Position numbers and translations under genes: made by a program
DNA from: Bacteroidota bacterium
GTDB lineage: Bacteria; Bacteroidota; Bacteroidia; NS11-12g; UBA9320
NCBI GenBank assembly: GCA_013359235.1
Contig: JABWCE010000007.1
Location: forward strand, 26,609 to 90,608
Length of the DNA: 64,000 bases
Direction of reading: 5' to 3'
The notes under the pieces: model-generated
What the model was told of the DNA's origin: nothing
Database searches by the model: none
What the model saw: the letters and a program-made list of their open reading frames with translations, nothing else
Part shown: piece after piece, positions 1 through 8,287 of the stretch
Layout of the letters: the number at the start of each line of letters is the position of its first letter
How positions within the stretch are numbered: position 1 is the stretch's first letter

Positions 1-283
1 CAGTTTCCACATGGCAAAACAGCAGGAATAATAACATTTTTGCCTATCAAATTTTTATCTCCATCCACTACTGTTCCGCTTATTTCATGACCAAGAGTTA
101 AGGGAAGAGTTTTTTTGGTTTGTACTCCGTAATGCCAAAAGCTCAAATCTGTATGGCAAACACCGCATCCTGCAACTTTTACAAGCACTTCTCCATCTGC
201 CAATTTTGGAAAATCACAATTTGTTTTGACAAAGTCTTTGTCAGTTTCTATCATTTGCCACTGGTACATTTTATCTATGTGCA
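1..283 (-). CDS. Zn-dependent alcohol dehydrogenase (MDR family), N-terminal part; continues beyond window start
   Basis: Reverse-strand translation from the ATG at 283 reads MHIDKMYQWQ...CGVCHTDLSFWHYG...GHEISGTVVDGDK. It carries the catalytic-Zn GHExxG and CGxCHTD motifs. It sits 4 nt downstream of the previous minus-strand gene. Confidence 0.55.
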
Positions 284-287
284 TTAT

Positions 288-466
288 TTATTTTTTTATA
301 TCATAAAAACATCTGACAGGAGAATACAATTTCCCTTCTGCCATCAATTTTTTTAGAGTTTTATCTACTATTTTTTTATCAATACCTGTAAGTTCAGCTA
401 TTTCGCCTCCTTTAAGTGGTTTGGCAGATTTTGAAATCTGTTTTAATATTTGTTCTGATGCTTCCA
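288..466 (-). CDS. small hypothetical protein, possible winged-helix/HTH
   Basis: Start trimmed to MEASEQILKQ to avoid overlapping the thiolase. The sequence KGGEIAELTGIDKKIVDKTLKKLMAEGKL resembles an HTH recognition segment. It is embedded inside the operon. Confidence 0.3.
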
Positions 467-474
467 TATTTTTT

Positions 475-1737
475 TTATAAATTGATATTTTCAAATAATA
501 CAGCAGTACCCTGCCCACCTCCAATACAGGCAGAGGCTATTCCGTATCTTATATTTTTTCTTTTCATTTCTTTAGCCAGCGTTAATGATAATCTCAAGCC
601 ACTTGCAGCAAGTGGATGTCCTATGGCAATAGCTCCGCCGTTTACATTTAGTTTGTTTCTATCAAGTCCAAGTTCTATTTCGCAACCTATAACCTGCGAT
701 GAAAATGCTTCATTAATTTCAAATAATCCAATTTCGTCTATTTTTAAACCTGTGATTTCTAATAGATATTTTATAGCGGGCACGGGACCGAGTCCCATTA
801 CCTTTGGGTCTATGCCACTAGTAGCTGCAGCTACAACTTTTGCAATGGGATTAATATTTTTCGACTTTACAAAACTGCCAGAAGCTACAATGCCTGCCGC
901 GGCTCCATCTACTATTCCGCTGCAATTTCCGGCTGTTAAAACTCCCACTTCGGCAAAAACATTTGGTAATTTTGATAAAGATTCAAGATTAGTTTCACGT
1001 ATTTGTTCATCGCTGGTAAAATCTTTAACTCCACCCGATAATTTTACTTTTCTTGATTTTAAACCTTCAATTTCAAAAACTGTTGAATTTATTGGTGTTA
1101 TTTCTTCATTCAAAAAACCATTATTTTTAGCAGCAATAGCACGGTTAAACGATAGTAAAGCATATTCGTCACATTGATTACGAGTAATTTTATGTTTTAC
1201 AGCTACATTTTCGGCAGTAAACCCCATTGGATAGCCGGCGGCTGTATCGTCTAATGCTTCCCAAAGCATATCTTTAAATACAGGACGACCAAGCGGATAT
1301 CCCATTCTGTTTCCAAAACTTACTGTAGGAGCAAGTGACATACTTTCGGCTCCACAACACAGGGTTGCGTCTGCTTTGCCAAGTGTAATCTGTTCGGCAG
1401 AAGTTACAATGGTTTCAAAACCTGAGGCACAAATTCTCTGTACCATCAATGCAGGAATAGGCATTGGCAGCCCTGAAAATAGTGCTACATGACGTGGAAA
1501 AAAATATGCATCGCCTGATGATTGACCTATGTTTGCCATTACTGCCTGGTCAATATCAGAGGGTGAAATATTACTATTACTTATTGCAGCTTTGCTTGCA
1601 AAAATTCCAAGATCGGTTGGCGATACATTTGCAAGAGTGCCACAGTATTTGCCAAATGGCGTTCTTGCTCCATTTATAAAAAAAATGTCGTCAAATATTA
1701 TACCTATACCCTTATCTTTTGAGTGAAATGCTTTCAT
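475..1737 (-). CDS. acetyl-CoA C-acyltransferase (thiolase II family)
   Basis: 420 aa. N-terminal FINGARTPFGKY, CASG active-site region and C-terminal GGGQG motif. Full-length thiolase fold. Confidence 0.85.
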   Translation of the reverse strand: MKAFHSKDKGIGIIFDDIFFINGARTPFGKYCGTLANVSPTDLGIFASKAAISNSNISPSDIDQAVMANIGQSSGDAYFFPRHVALFSGLPMPIPALMVQRICASGFETIVTSAEQITLGKADATLCCGAESMSLAPTVSFGNRMGYPLGRPVFKDMLWEALDDTAAGYPMGFTAENVAVKHKITRNQCDEYALLSFNRAIAAKNNGFLNEEITPINSTVFEIEGLKSRKVKLSGGVKDFTSDEQIRETNLESLSKLPNVFAEVGVLTAGNCSGIVDGAAAGIVASGSFVKSKNINPIAKVVAAATSGIDPKVMGLGPVPAIKYLLEITGLKIDEIGLFEINEAFSSQVIGCEIELGLDRNKLNVNGGAIAIGHPLAASGLRLSLTLAKEMKRKNIRYGIASACIGGGQGTAVLFENINL

Positions 1738-1746
1738 TTATTTTTT

Positions 1747-3597
1747 TTAAACTAACTGTTTTGTTTTATTTTTTGATTCTTTAACAACTTCTGTATTTTT
1801 CCATGTTTGTTTTGCTATAATTGCAGCACCAAGCGAAACAACAAATTGAGGAAAATCAATTGTTTTAACTTCTCTATTAAATTTTTTAATTAAAATAGTA
1901 CTCATGTAAGGATGATGTGCAGCAACGCCTCCAATCATAAAAATAGGAATTCCGGGAACCAATCTCATTTTTGCAACTTTGTTTGCTATTGAAATGTAAA
2001 TACCTCTTGCAATATCTTGCATCGGCATTCCGTCAAATACCCAGTTCATAATTTCTGTTTTGGCAAAAACAGTACAAAAACTGTTTAATTCCTTGTCATA
2101 TTCTGAATGTGATGCAAGGTTGCTCATCTCTTCAATTTTTATTTCTGCTCTTTCTGAAATTTCTTCGAGAAAGGCACCGGTTCCGGCAGCACATTTATCA
2201 TTCATATAAAAGTTTGAAACTTGATTATCATTGTTACAATGAATTACTTTTATGTCTTCGCCACCTATATCTATAATATTTTTTTCTCCGTCATAAGAGT
2301 CTGAAACTCCTGCTGCTGCACAATTTATTTCGGTTTTTGTTATATCTGTTTCGGTAAAATGTTTTCTTCCGTATCCTGTAGCACAACTGTATTTTATATT
2401 GAATGATGAATAAATTGCCTTAATTACATTCTTCATTGCATTTCTGTCTTTATTCATGGTATGTACAATATATCTGAAAACAGGCTTTCCTTTCTCATTA
2501 ATAATTGTAAATTTGGTATATGACGAGCCCAGGTCCATTCCAAGAAAACAGTTTTGTTCTCTGTAGTATTGCAAAGGATGATTTTTTTCAACTAAACCTT
2601 TTAAAACGATTTTTTTGGTTAAAGAAGCATCAGCCCCCATGGGTCTATTCATTACGTTTTTATTAGTCATGGCTTTTATCATGTTTGTAAAAGCGAGGTT
2701 TAACGAAGTTTTTACATAATGCTTTTTGCCATATTCAACTATTTTACCATTGAAATAATCAATTTCGGTAGGACGGTTATTTATTAAATCTAAAGCTAAA
2801 GAAGGGAAATGCTCGCCTCCTTTTTTTAGGTATTGCATACACTTGCGGTAAAAATCGTCGGGAAAACGAATTTTTTCTTTTTCGGCAACTTCTATCCCTT
2901 CGTTTATTAATTGTTCAACGAGTTCAACAGTTTCGGGGTCAGACATTGCTTCGGCCATTGTAAGCCTGCCTACACCACAAAGTGGGCTAAGGGATGCGTT
3001 TAAAATTGTTTTTTCCCAAGTGCGTTTTAATATTTCAAACGAATTTATATTTTCTGTTTTAAAATCTACACTGTTTAATAAGTCTGCAAAAGTTTCGGAT
3101 TGTTTGCATCTGTTGTCATCAATAGAGCCTATATAGTTTGGTGGAGTAAAAAATGTAACTTTTACTGTATTAGGCGACATGAGGTTTCCGGCATAATTAA
3201 TAACCATTCTCAAGGTTTTTGATTCGCCAAAAACCGATGCTAAAATCTGTTCGGTATCTATTCCGTTTTGTGCAGCAATAACGGTCAATTTTTCGGAATT
3301 TAAAATTTCTGCTTCCTTTGCGGCGCCGAGTGTTTGGTATGATTTGAGGGCAAATATCAAATAATCAAGTCCCAAATTTCTCATTTCTGTAACAGAACTA
3401 TAAACATGTTCAAATCTGGTAATAGAAGCATATATATTTTCGAGTATTATTCCTTCGCTTATTACCTTTTTCAGTTTAAATTCGTCTTTATCACATAAAG
3501 CTACCTCGCAACCGGCCTCTTTTAACTTTACAGCCATTATCATACCCACAGGACCAATCCCCACTATTCCAACTTTTATTTTTTCTGATTTTTTCAT
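1747..3597 (-). CDS. fusion protein: ketopantoate-reductase-like (ApbA/PanE) NAD(P)-binding domain + BadF/BadG/BcrA/BcrD-type activase ATPase
   Basis: N-terminal ~310 aa begin KIKVGIVGIGPVGMIMAVKLKEAGCEV (Rossmann GxGxxG) with ApbA_C-like helical region. C-terminal ~300 aa carry MDLGSSYTKF...IGGEDIKVI...MNDKCAAGTGAFLE...IGGVAAH, the activase [4Fe-4S]-bridging Cys motif and ATPase motifs. Confidence 0.8.
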   Translation of the reverse strand: MKKSEKIKVGIVGIGPVGMIMAVKLKEAGCEVALCDKDEFKLKKVISEGIILENIYASITRFEHVYSSVTEMRNLGLDYLIFALKSYQTLGAAKEAEILNSEKLTVIAAQNGIDTEQILASVFGESKTLRMVINYAGNLMSPNTVKVTFFTPPNYIGSIDDNRCKQSETFADLLNSVDFKTENINSFEILKRTWEKTILNASLSPLCGVGRLTMAEAMSDPETVELVEQLINEGIEVAEKEKIRFPDDFYRKCMQYLKKGGEHFPSLALDLINNRPTEIDYFNGKIVEYGKKHYVKTSLNLAFTNMIKAMTNKNVMNRPMGADASLTKKIVLKGLVEKNHPLQYYREQNCFLGMDLGSSYTKFTIINEKGKPVFRYIVHTMNKDRNAMKNVIKAIYSSFNIKYSCATGYGRKHFTETDITKTEINCAAAGVSDSYDGEKNIIDIGGEDIKVIHCNNDNQVSNFYMNDKCAAGTGAFLEEISERAEIKIEEMSNLASHSEYDKELNSFCTVFAKTEIMNWVFDGMPMQDIARGIYISIANKVAKMRLVPGIPIFMIGGVAAHHPYMSTILIKKFNREVKTIDFPQFVVSLGAAIIAKQTWKNTEVVKESKNKTKQLV

Positions 3598-3604
3598 TTA
3601 ATTT

Positions 3605-4051
3605 TTATAAATTTTTTATAAAATAAACCTCATCATTTACTTCCTCGCCTCCGAATGATTTATTAAAAATTTCTTTATATTTTTCTATTTCAGATTCAAT
3701 ATTTTCATCAGTATCAATTATTGCAGCATTGACAATTTTATCATCATTGTTTTCAAAAAGCAAATTCACTTTTTTAATGCAACCGGTAAGGCATCTGCCG
3801 AGTTCGTCGAGATCACGAGGGCAAAAACAACCATCGTTTTCGTTTGGTGTTACAAGGTAATCGGGATTTTTGTAAAGGTTTTTGTCAGGAAAAATAAATG
3901 CAATATTTCGGCTATTACCATCTTTATTCAGCACAACGTATTTCACATAATGACAGGTATCTTTAATAAGTTTTTGAACTTCGTCATTAGCTAATTCTCT
4001 TCCGTCAGCAAGCCTGAAAATTTTGTTTTCTTTCAAATTATCAGATTCCAT
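3605..4051 (-). CDS. hypothetical small acidic protein with CxC-x10-C-x3-C motif
   Basis: 148-aa ORF tightly packed (7-nt gaps) between the HgdB-like gene and the activase fusion. Motif GCFCPRDLDELGRCLTGC. Confidence 0.5.
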   Translation of the reverse strand: MESDNLKENKIFRLADGRELANDEVQKLIKDTCHYVKYVVLNKDGNSRNIAFIFPDKNLYKNPDYLVTPNENDGCFCPRDLDELGRCLTGCIKKVNLLFENNDDKIVNAAIIDTDENIESEIEKYKEIFNKSFGGEEVNDEVYFIKNL

Positions 4052-4058
4052 GTTGTTA

Positions 4059-5282
4059 TTATTTATGTACTAAAACTTTATTACTTGTAATTTGCTCAAT
4101 AAAAGTTTCAATTTTGGTAATACTTTGCCCTTCTGAGTAAAATCTTAGGTCGCACAAATCGCCTTCAATTATCAAAGTGGGTATTCCTGTGCTTTCTGTT
4201 AATCTTTGTGGCAAGCCAAATCTGGAGTTTGAGTTGTTTGCACAGGTTTTTGCATCGTGAAATATTACTCCATCAATTTTAAAGGTTTTGCATAAATCAG
4301 TAAGTATATTTTGTTTTGCATTTTCGCTTCTGTTTATAAAAATTTCAGTATATGCTTTTGCTGATGACTCAAATGGATTTTCGGGGTCGAATGCATCAAA
4401 AACCCAACTGTTGCAATAAGTTGAAGCAACTACTGCTGCATTATTTTGTATAAACAAATCTGAAAGTGATCTTAATTTACCCCAGATTGGCATTCCGTCC
4501 CAGTACAAACGGCAACTTTCGCTTTCCAAAAATCCAATACCTTTTGCAACGTTTTCTTCCATTTCTTTTAGCAAAATTGTATAATAATCTTTTGCCTGTT
4601 GAGTTCCTCTTAAAACAACAATAGGACCCATGTGTATTGTAGCATCAAAAAAACTAATTGGCGAAGGTGTGTTAGTAGCAGTATAAAGTACTTTTTTCCA
4701 AAGGTCTGTAGCTTCTTTGCTCAATTTTAAAGTTTCTCTGAATTTATCAATATCAAATTTTTTTCCGCTTACTTCTTCGCAAACAGGTATCATTTTTCTG
4801 AATTGTGCAGCAACATCTTCTATTACTTCTTCTTTTATTTCGTCTAAGTGCCGTGGGGGGTAAATTCCAATAACCGGCACATTGAGTTCGCGACCAAAAT
4901 ATGTAAACCAATCTTGCACTTCTCTGCACTGGTTTGTGTTGTACACAATCAAATCAGGCTTTGGCGGACCTTCAAGACCGTAGTGTTCTTGCAGAGGTGT
5001 TTCTCCTTTAAGATATGAACCAATATCAGCAGTAAGATAAGAGCAAATATCGTTTGAATATCCAAACTTTGCTGATTCGGGAATAAGATCACCTGCTGTA
5101 CGTGTAGCACCGAGTAATGCTCCATGATTTTCGGGAAAATGTACTTCAAAGCCAAATGAACGCAAAAGTTCGGCTGGTCCTACACTTGTACACCATGCTA
5201 TTTTTTTATTTTTATTTTTCATACCGAGGAAATAATTTCCCATTATTTCCTTCATCACTTTTGTACTTTGTATTTTATACAT
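4059..5282 (-). CDS. 2-hydroxyacyl-CoA dehydratase / BcrB-BcrC family protein (HGD-D domain), lone subunit
   Basis: 407 aa. N-terminal KKIAWCTSVGPAELLRSFGFEVHFPENHGALLGA and the overall pattern are typical of the HgdB/YjiM/DCCP family. No paralogous partner gene is adjacent. Confidence 0.75.
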   Translation of the reverse strand: MYKIQSTKVMKEIMGNYFLGMKNKNKKIAWCTSVGPAELLRSFGFEVHFPENHGALLGATRTAGDLIPESAKFGYSNDICSYLTADIGSYLKGETPLQEHYGLEGPPKPDLIVYNTNQCREVQDWFTYFGRELNVPVIGIYPPRHLDEIKEEVIEDVAAQFRKMIPVCEEVSGKKFDIDKFRETLKLSKEATDLWKKVLYTATNTPSPISFFDATIHMGPIVVLRGTQQAKDYYTILLKEMEENVAKGIGFLESESCRLYWDGMPIWGKLRSLSDLFIQNNAAVVASTYCNSWVFDAFDPENPFESSAKAYTEIFINRSENAKQNILTDLCKTFKIDGVIFHDAKTCANNSNSRFGLPQRLTESTGIPTLIIEGDLCDLRFYSEGQSITKIETFIEQITSNKVLVHK

Positions 5283-5287
5283 TTCTT

Positions 5288-7414
5288 TTATAATTTAATT
5301 CTTGCATCTACAGCAACAGCCTTGTCGCTAAAAGCCATTACAGGATTTAAGTCCATTTCTTTTATCTGTGGAAAATCTGTAACGAGTTGAGAAATTCTTT
5401 GAATTATTTCTACTACACTTTTTTTATCAATTCCTAGCTGACCTCTCACTCCGTCTAATAATTTAGCTGATTTTATAGTTGAAAGCATTTCTTGAGCTTC
5501 GGTTTGAGTTACAGGACTGAGTTTAAAAACTACATCTTTCAGCACTTCTACATAAATTCCGCCCATTCCAAACATTATCAAATGCCCTGCATTACTTCCA
5601 GCCGAAACTCCAATTATAAGTTCTTTGCCACCCGGCATAAACTTCTGAACAAGGTATTTTAAATTAGTGCCACTAAAATTTTTATTAATGTTTTGTATTG
5701 CAGTTCTAAGTTCGTCTTTACATTTTATATTTATAACAACTCCGCCTTTATCGCTTTTGTGAACAATTTCGGGCGACTCGGCTTTTACTACAACAGGGTA
5801 TCCTATTTTTGATGATATTTGTTCTGCCTTTTCGTAACTGTCGGCTATTGCCCAGTTTGCAACAGCAATTTTGTACGCTTCTAATATTTTAAAAACATTT
5901 TCGGAAGAAAGAAACTTATCTTTTTCAGAATTTGAAAGAATATTAAAAACAGTACTTTTTTCAACATCATCAAAAACCATAGCCTCTCCAATTTCTCTGC
6001 TTTGTATTTTATGATATTTGTACAATGCCCCCAATGCTTTTGCAGCAGTAGTAGGAAAACTGTAGCATGGCACTCCACCATCTCTCATGATTTTTGCGGT
6101 ATGTTGATACCTTTCAAAACTCAAATTTGTCATAAAATTACAAATTATAGGTTTTTTCTTTTGTTTGCTTACTTCTACAATATTTCTAGCAACTTCGTCG
6201 GTATCAGTAAATGGTGCAGTTACAAAATTTATAAAAACGCTGTCAATATTTTCTTCGTCCATCAGTACATCCAAAGCACTTCTAAAATGAGCTCCACCAC
6301 CTGTTGCTACCACATCTATAGGGTTGCCTATTGTAGCTTCGGGTAATAGAGTGTTTTTTAAAATATTTACTGCTTTTTCGCTCAATGGAGGTATTTCAAG
6401 GCCTGCACTTACAAGTTCATCTGTAGCAATTACTGCAGGACCTCCGGTATTTGTAATTATTCCTACTCTATTACCTTTTGGAATTGGCTGAGTAGAAAAT
6501 GCCATAGCTGCCTGGCACATTTCTTCTTCATTTGTAAATGATAAAACACCGGTTTTTTCAAAAATCAATTCGGTTGAAATATCAACTCCGGCAAGCGAGC
6601 CAGTATGCGAAGCTGCAGCTTTTGCTCCGGCTTCGGTTCTGCCTGATTTCATAGCTAAAATTGGTTTTTTCTTAGCTACTATTTTAGCTGTTTCAAGAAA
6701 TTCTTTTGGATTGTGAAATCCTTCTGTATATAATATTATTGCTTTTGTACCTGTGTCTTGTCCATAATATTCTACCACATCTGATATAGAAATATCGCAG
6801 GCATTGCCATTTGAGGCATACATTCTCATCCCTATATCCAAATCGAAAAGACTCTGCATAATAAATGCTCCCACTCCACCGCTAAGGGCTACAATAGAAA
6901 TGGTTCCGGGCTTTGGAAATGTGAACGTAAAATCACAATAAGCATTGTAGTCAGGGTCGCAATTTATTATTCCCTGGCAATTGGGTCCGAAAATACGAAC
7001 TCCGTATTTTTTTGCATTTTCAAGAAAAGCATTTTGCAATGCTACTCCTTCATCGCCCATTTCGCTGAAACCTGCCGAATTTATTATTACCGATTTTATT
7101 CCTTTTTTTCCGCAATCTTCAATTATTTGTGGTACAAATTTGCTTGGTATTATTACATGTGCAAGGTCAATTTCATCGGGTACATCAAAAATTGATGGAT
7201 ATGCTTTGATACCTCTAATCTCCGGTTCTTTGGGATTTATAGGATAAATTTTGCCAGTATAATTGAAATGAATTAGATTTTTGGTGATGACATTACCAAT
7301 TGATAACTCTTTTGAAGAAGCACCAATGATAGCTATTGATTTGGGCTTAAAAAGAGTATCCAACTCGTGTTTAATAGACATTTGCTTACTTGCAATTGAA
7401 TTTTGAACTCCCAT
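5288..7414 (-). CDS. acyl-CoA synthetase (NDP/ADP-forming), fused alpha-beta type
   Basis: 708 aa. N-terminal CoA-binding Rossmann (SIAIIGASSKELSIGNV), succinyl-CoA-synthetase-like middle region, C-terminal ATP-grasp_5 (GYPVVVKAESPEIVHKSDKGGV). Confidence 0.8.
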   Translation of the reverse strand: MGVQNSIASKQMSIKHELDTLFKPKSIAIIGASSKELSIGNVITKNLIHFNYTGKIYPINPKEPEIRGIKAYPSIFDVPDEIDLAHVIIPSKFVPQIIEDCGKKGIKSVIINSAGFSEMGDEGVALQNAFLENAKKYGVRIFGPNCQGIINCDPDYNAYCDFTFTFPKPGTISIVALSGGVGAFIMQSLFDLDIGMRMYASNGNACDISISDVVEYYGQDTGTKAIILYTEGFHNPKEFLETAKIVAKKKPILAMKSGRTEAGAKAAASHTGSLAGVDISTELIFEKTGVLSFTNEEEMCQAAMAFSTQPIPKGNRVGIITNTGGPAVIATDELVSAGLEIPPLSEKAVNILKNTLLPEATIGNPIDVVATGGGAHFRSALDVLMDEENIDSVFINFVTAPFTDTDEVARNIVEVSKQKKKPIICNFMTNLSFERYQHTAKIMRDGGVPCYSFPTTAAKALGALYKYHKIQSREIGEAMVFDDVEKSTVFNILSNSEKDKFLSSENVFKILEAYKIAVANWAIADSYEKAEQISSKIGYPVVVKAESPEIVHKSDKGGVVINIKCKDELRTAIQNINKNFSGTNLKYLVQKFMPGGKELIIGVSAGSNAGHLIMFGMGGIYVEVLKDVVFKLSPVTQTEAQEMLSTIKSAKLLDGVRGQLGIDKKSVVEIIQRISQLVTDFPQIKEMDLNPVMAFSDKAVAVDARIKL

Positions 7415-7433
7415 TATTTTTTATGTAAAGCTA

Positions 7434-8270
7434 TCAGGCTACAACTGCCTGTTTTTCTTTAAGTTTTATATGTCTGAAACCGCCCCATAATGCAGCACCA
7501 ATTGCACCTGCATAAATTGCATCAGGATGAGAATGTATTTGATATGATTTTCCCATCTCTTCAAGTTGCTCTTCAAGAGCTTGTATCATACCTTTATTTA
7601 AAGCCATTCCACCTGTAACAACAATGGGCGATTCGGCTTTTAGCGAACTTAAAAGTTTTAGTATTCTGTTGGCAATTGAGATATGAATTCCTTTTATAAT
7701 ATCGGGAGTTGAAATTCCTCTCGAAACCATATTTATAACATCAGTTTCGGCAAGAACAGCACATATTCCTGAAGAAATTTCGGGATTTTGTGATTGCATT
7801 GATACATCGCCAACTTCTTCAATTGAAAGTCCTAAATATCTTGAAATATTTTCAACAAACTGCCCCGATCCCGAAGCACATTGTCCAGTCATTTTGTAAT
7901 CGTAAACTCTTGCATCTTCAGATATTTTTATTGCTCTTACATAAAGTGCTCCCATATCTACCACGGTAATTGCATTGGGGTATAGAAAATGGGCGCCTTT
8001 TGCATGAGTAGTCATTCCATAAAAATGTCCTCTTTTTCTTTTTACCAAATCACCCTCGCCTGTTGAAGCAAAGTAGGCAATATCTTCGTATTTGAGGTTG
8101 TGTTTTGATAGCATTTTCTGAGTCATTTCTTCTGCAACCTGCGATGGATCGCGTTTTCTTATCTTTTCGGTGTGTTTGTCTATAAGTTTGGGATTATCAG
8201 AATAATCAACAAGTACTAATTTTATGAAATTAGACCCAACATCAATCCCCATTGTATAAAAATTTTCCAT
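7434..8270 (-). CDS. BadF/BadG/BcrA/BcrD-family ATPase, short form (BcrD/activase-like)
   Basis: 278 aa. MGIDVGSNFIKLVLVD, MTGQCASGSGQFVE Cys motif and GGMALN. Lacks the insertion seen in the upstream paralog. Confidence 0.8.
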   Translation of the reverse strand: MENFYTMGIDVGSNFIKLVLVDYSDNPKLIDKHTEKIRKRDPSQVAEEMTQKMLSKHNLKYEDIAYFASTGEGDLVKRKRGHFYGMTTHAKGAHFLYPNAITVVDMGALYVRAIKISEDARVYDYKMTGQCASGSGQFVENISRYLGLSIEEVGDVSMQSQNPEISSGICAVLAETDVINMVSRGISTPDIIKGIHISIANRILKLLSSLKAESPIVVTGGMALNKGMIQALEEQLEEMGKSYQIHSHPDAIYAGAIGAALWGGFRHIKLKEKQAVVA

Positions 8271-8287
8271 ATCTATTATTTATTAAT

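Noticed and set aside
416-1177. 253-aa plus-strand ORF (and 1464-1726 small ORFs) overlapping the thiolase gene
   Set aside because: Antisense to a well-supported thiolase CDS. Low-complexity, Ser/Pro/Phe-rich translation with no recognisable motifs. Typical shadow ORF in AT-rich DNA.
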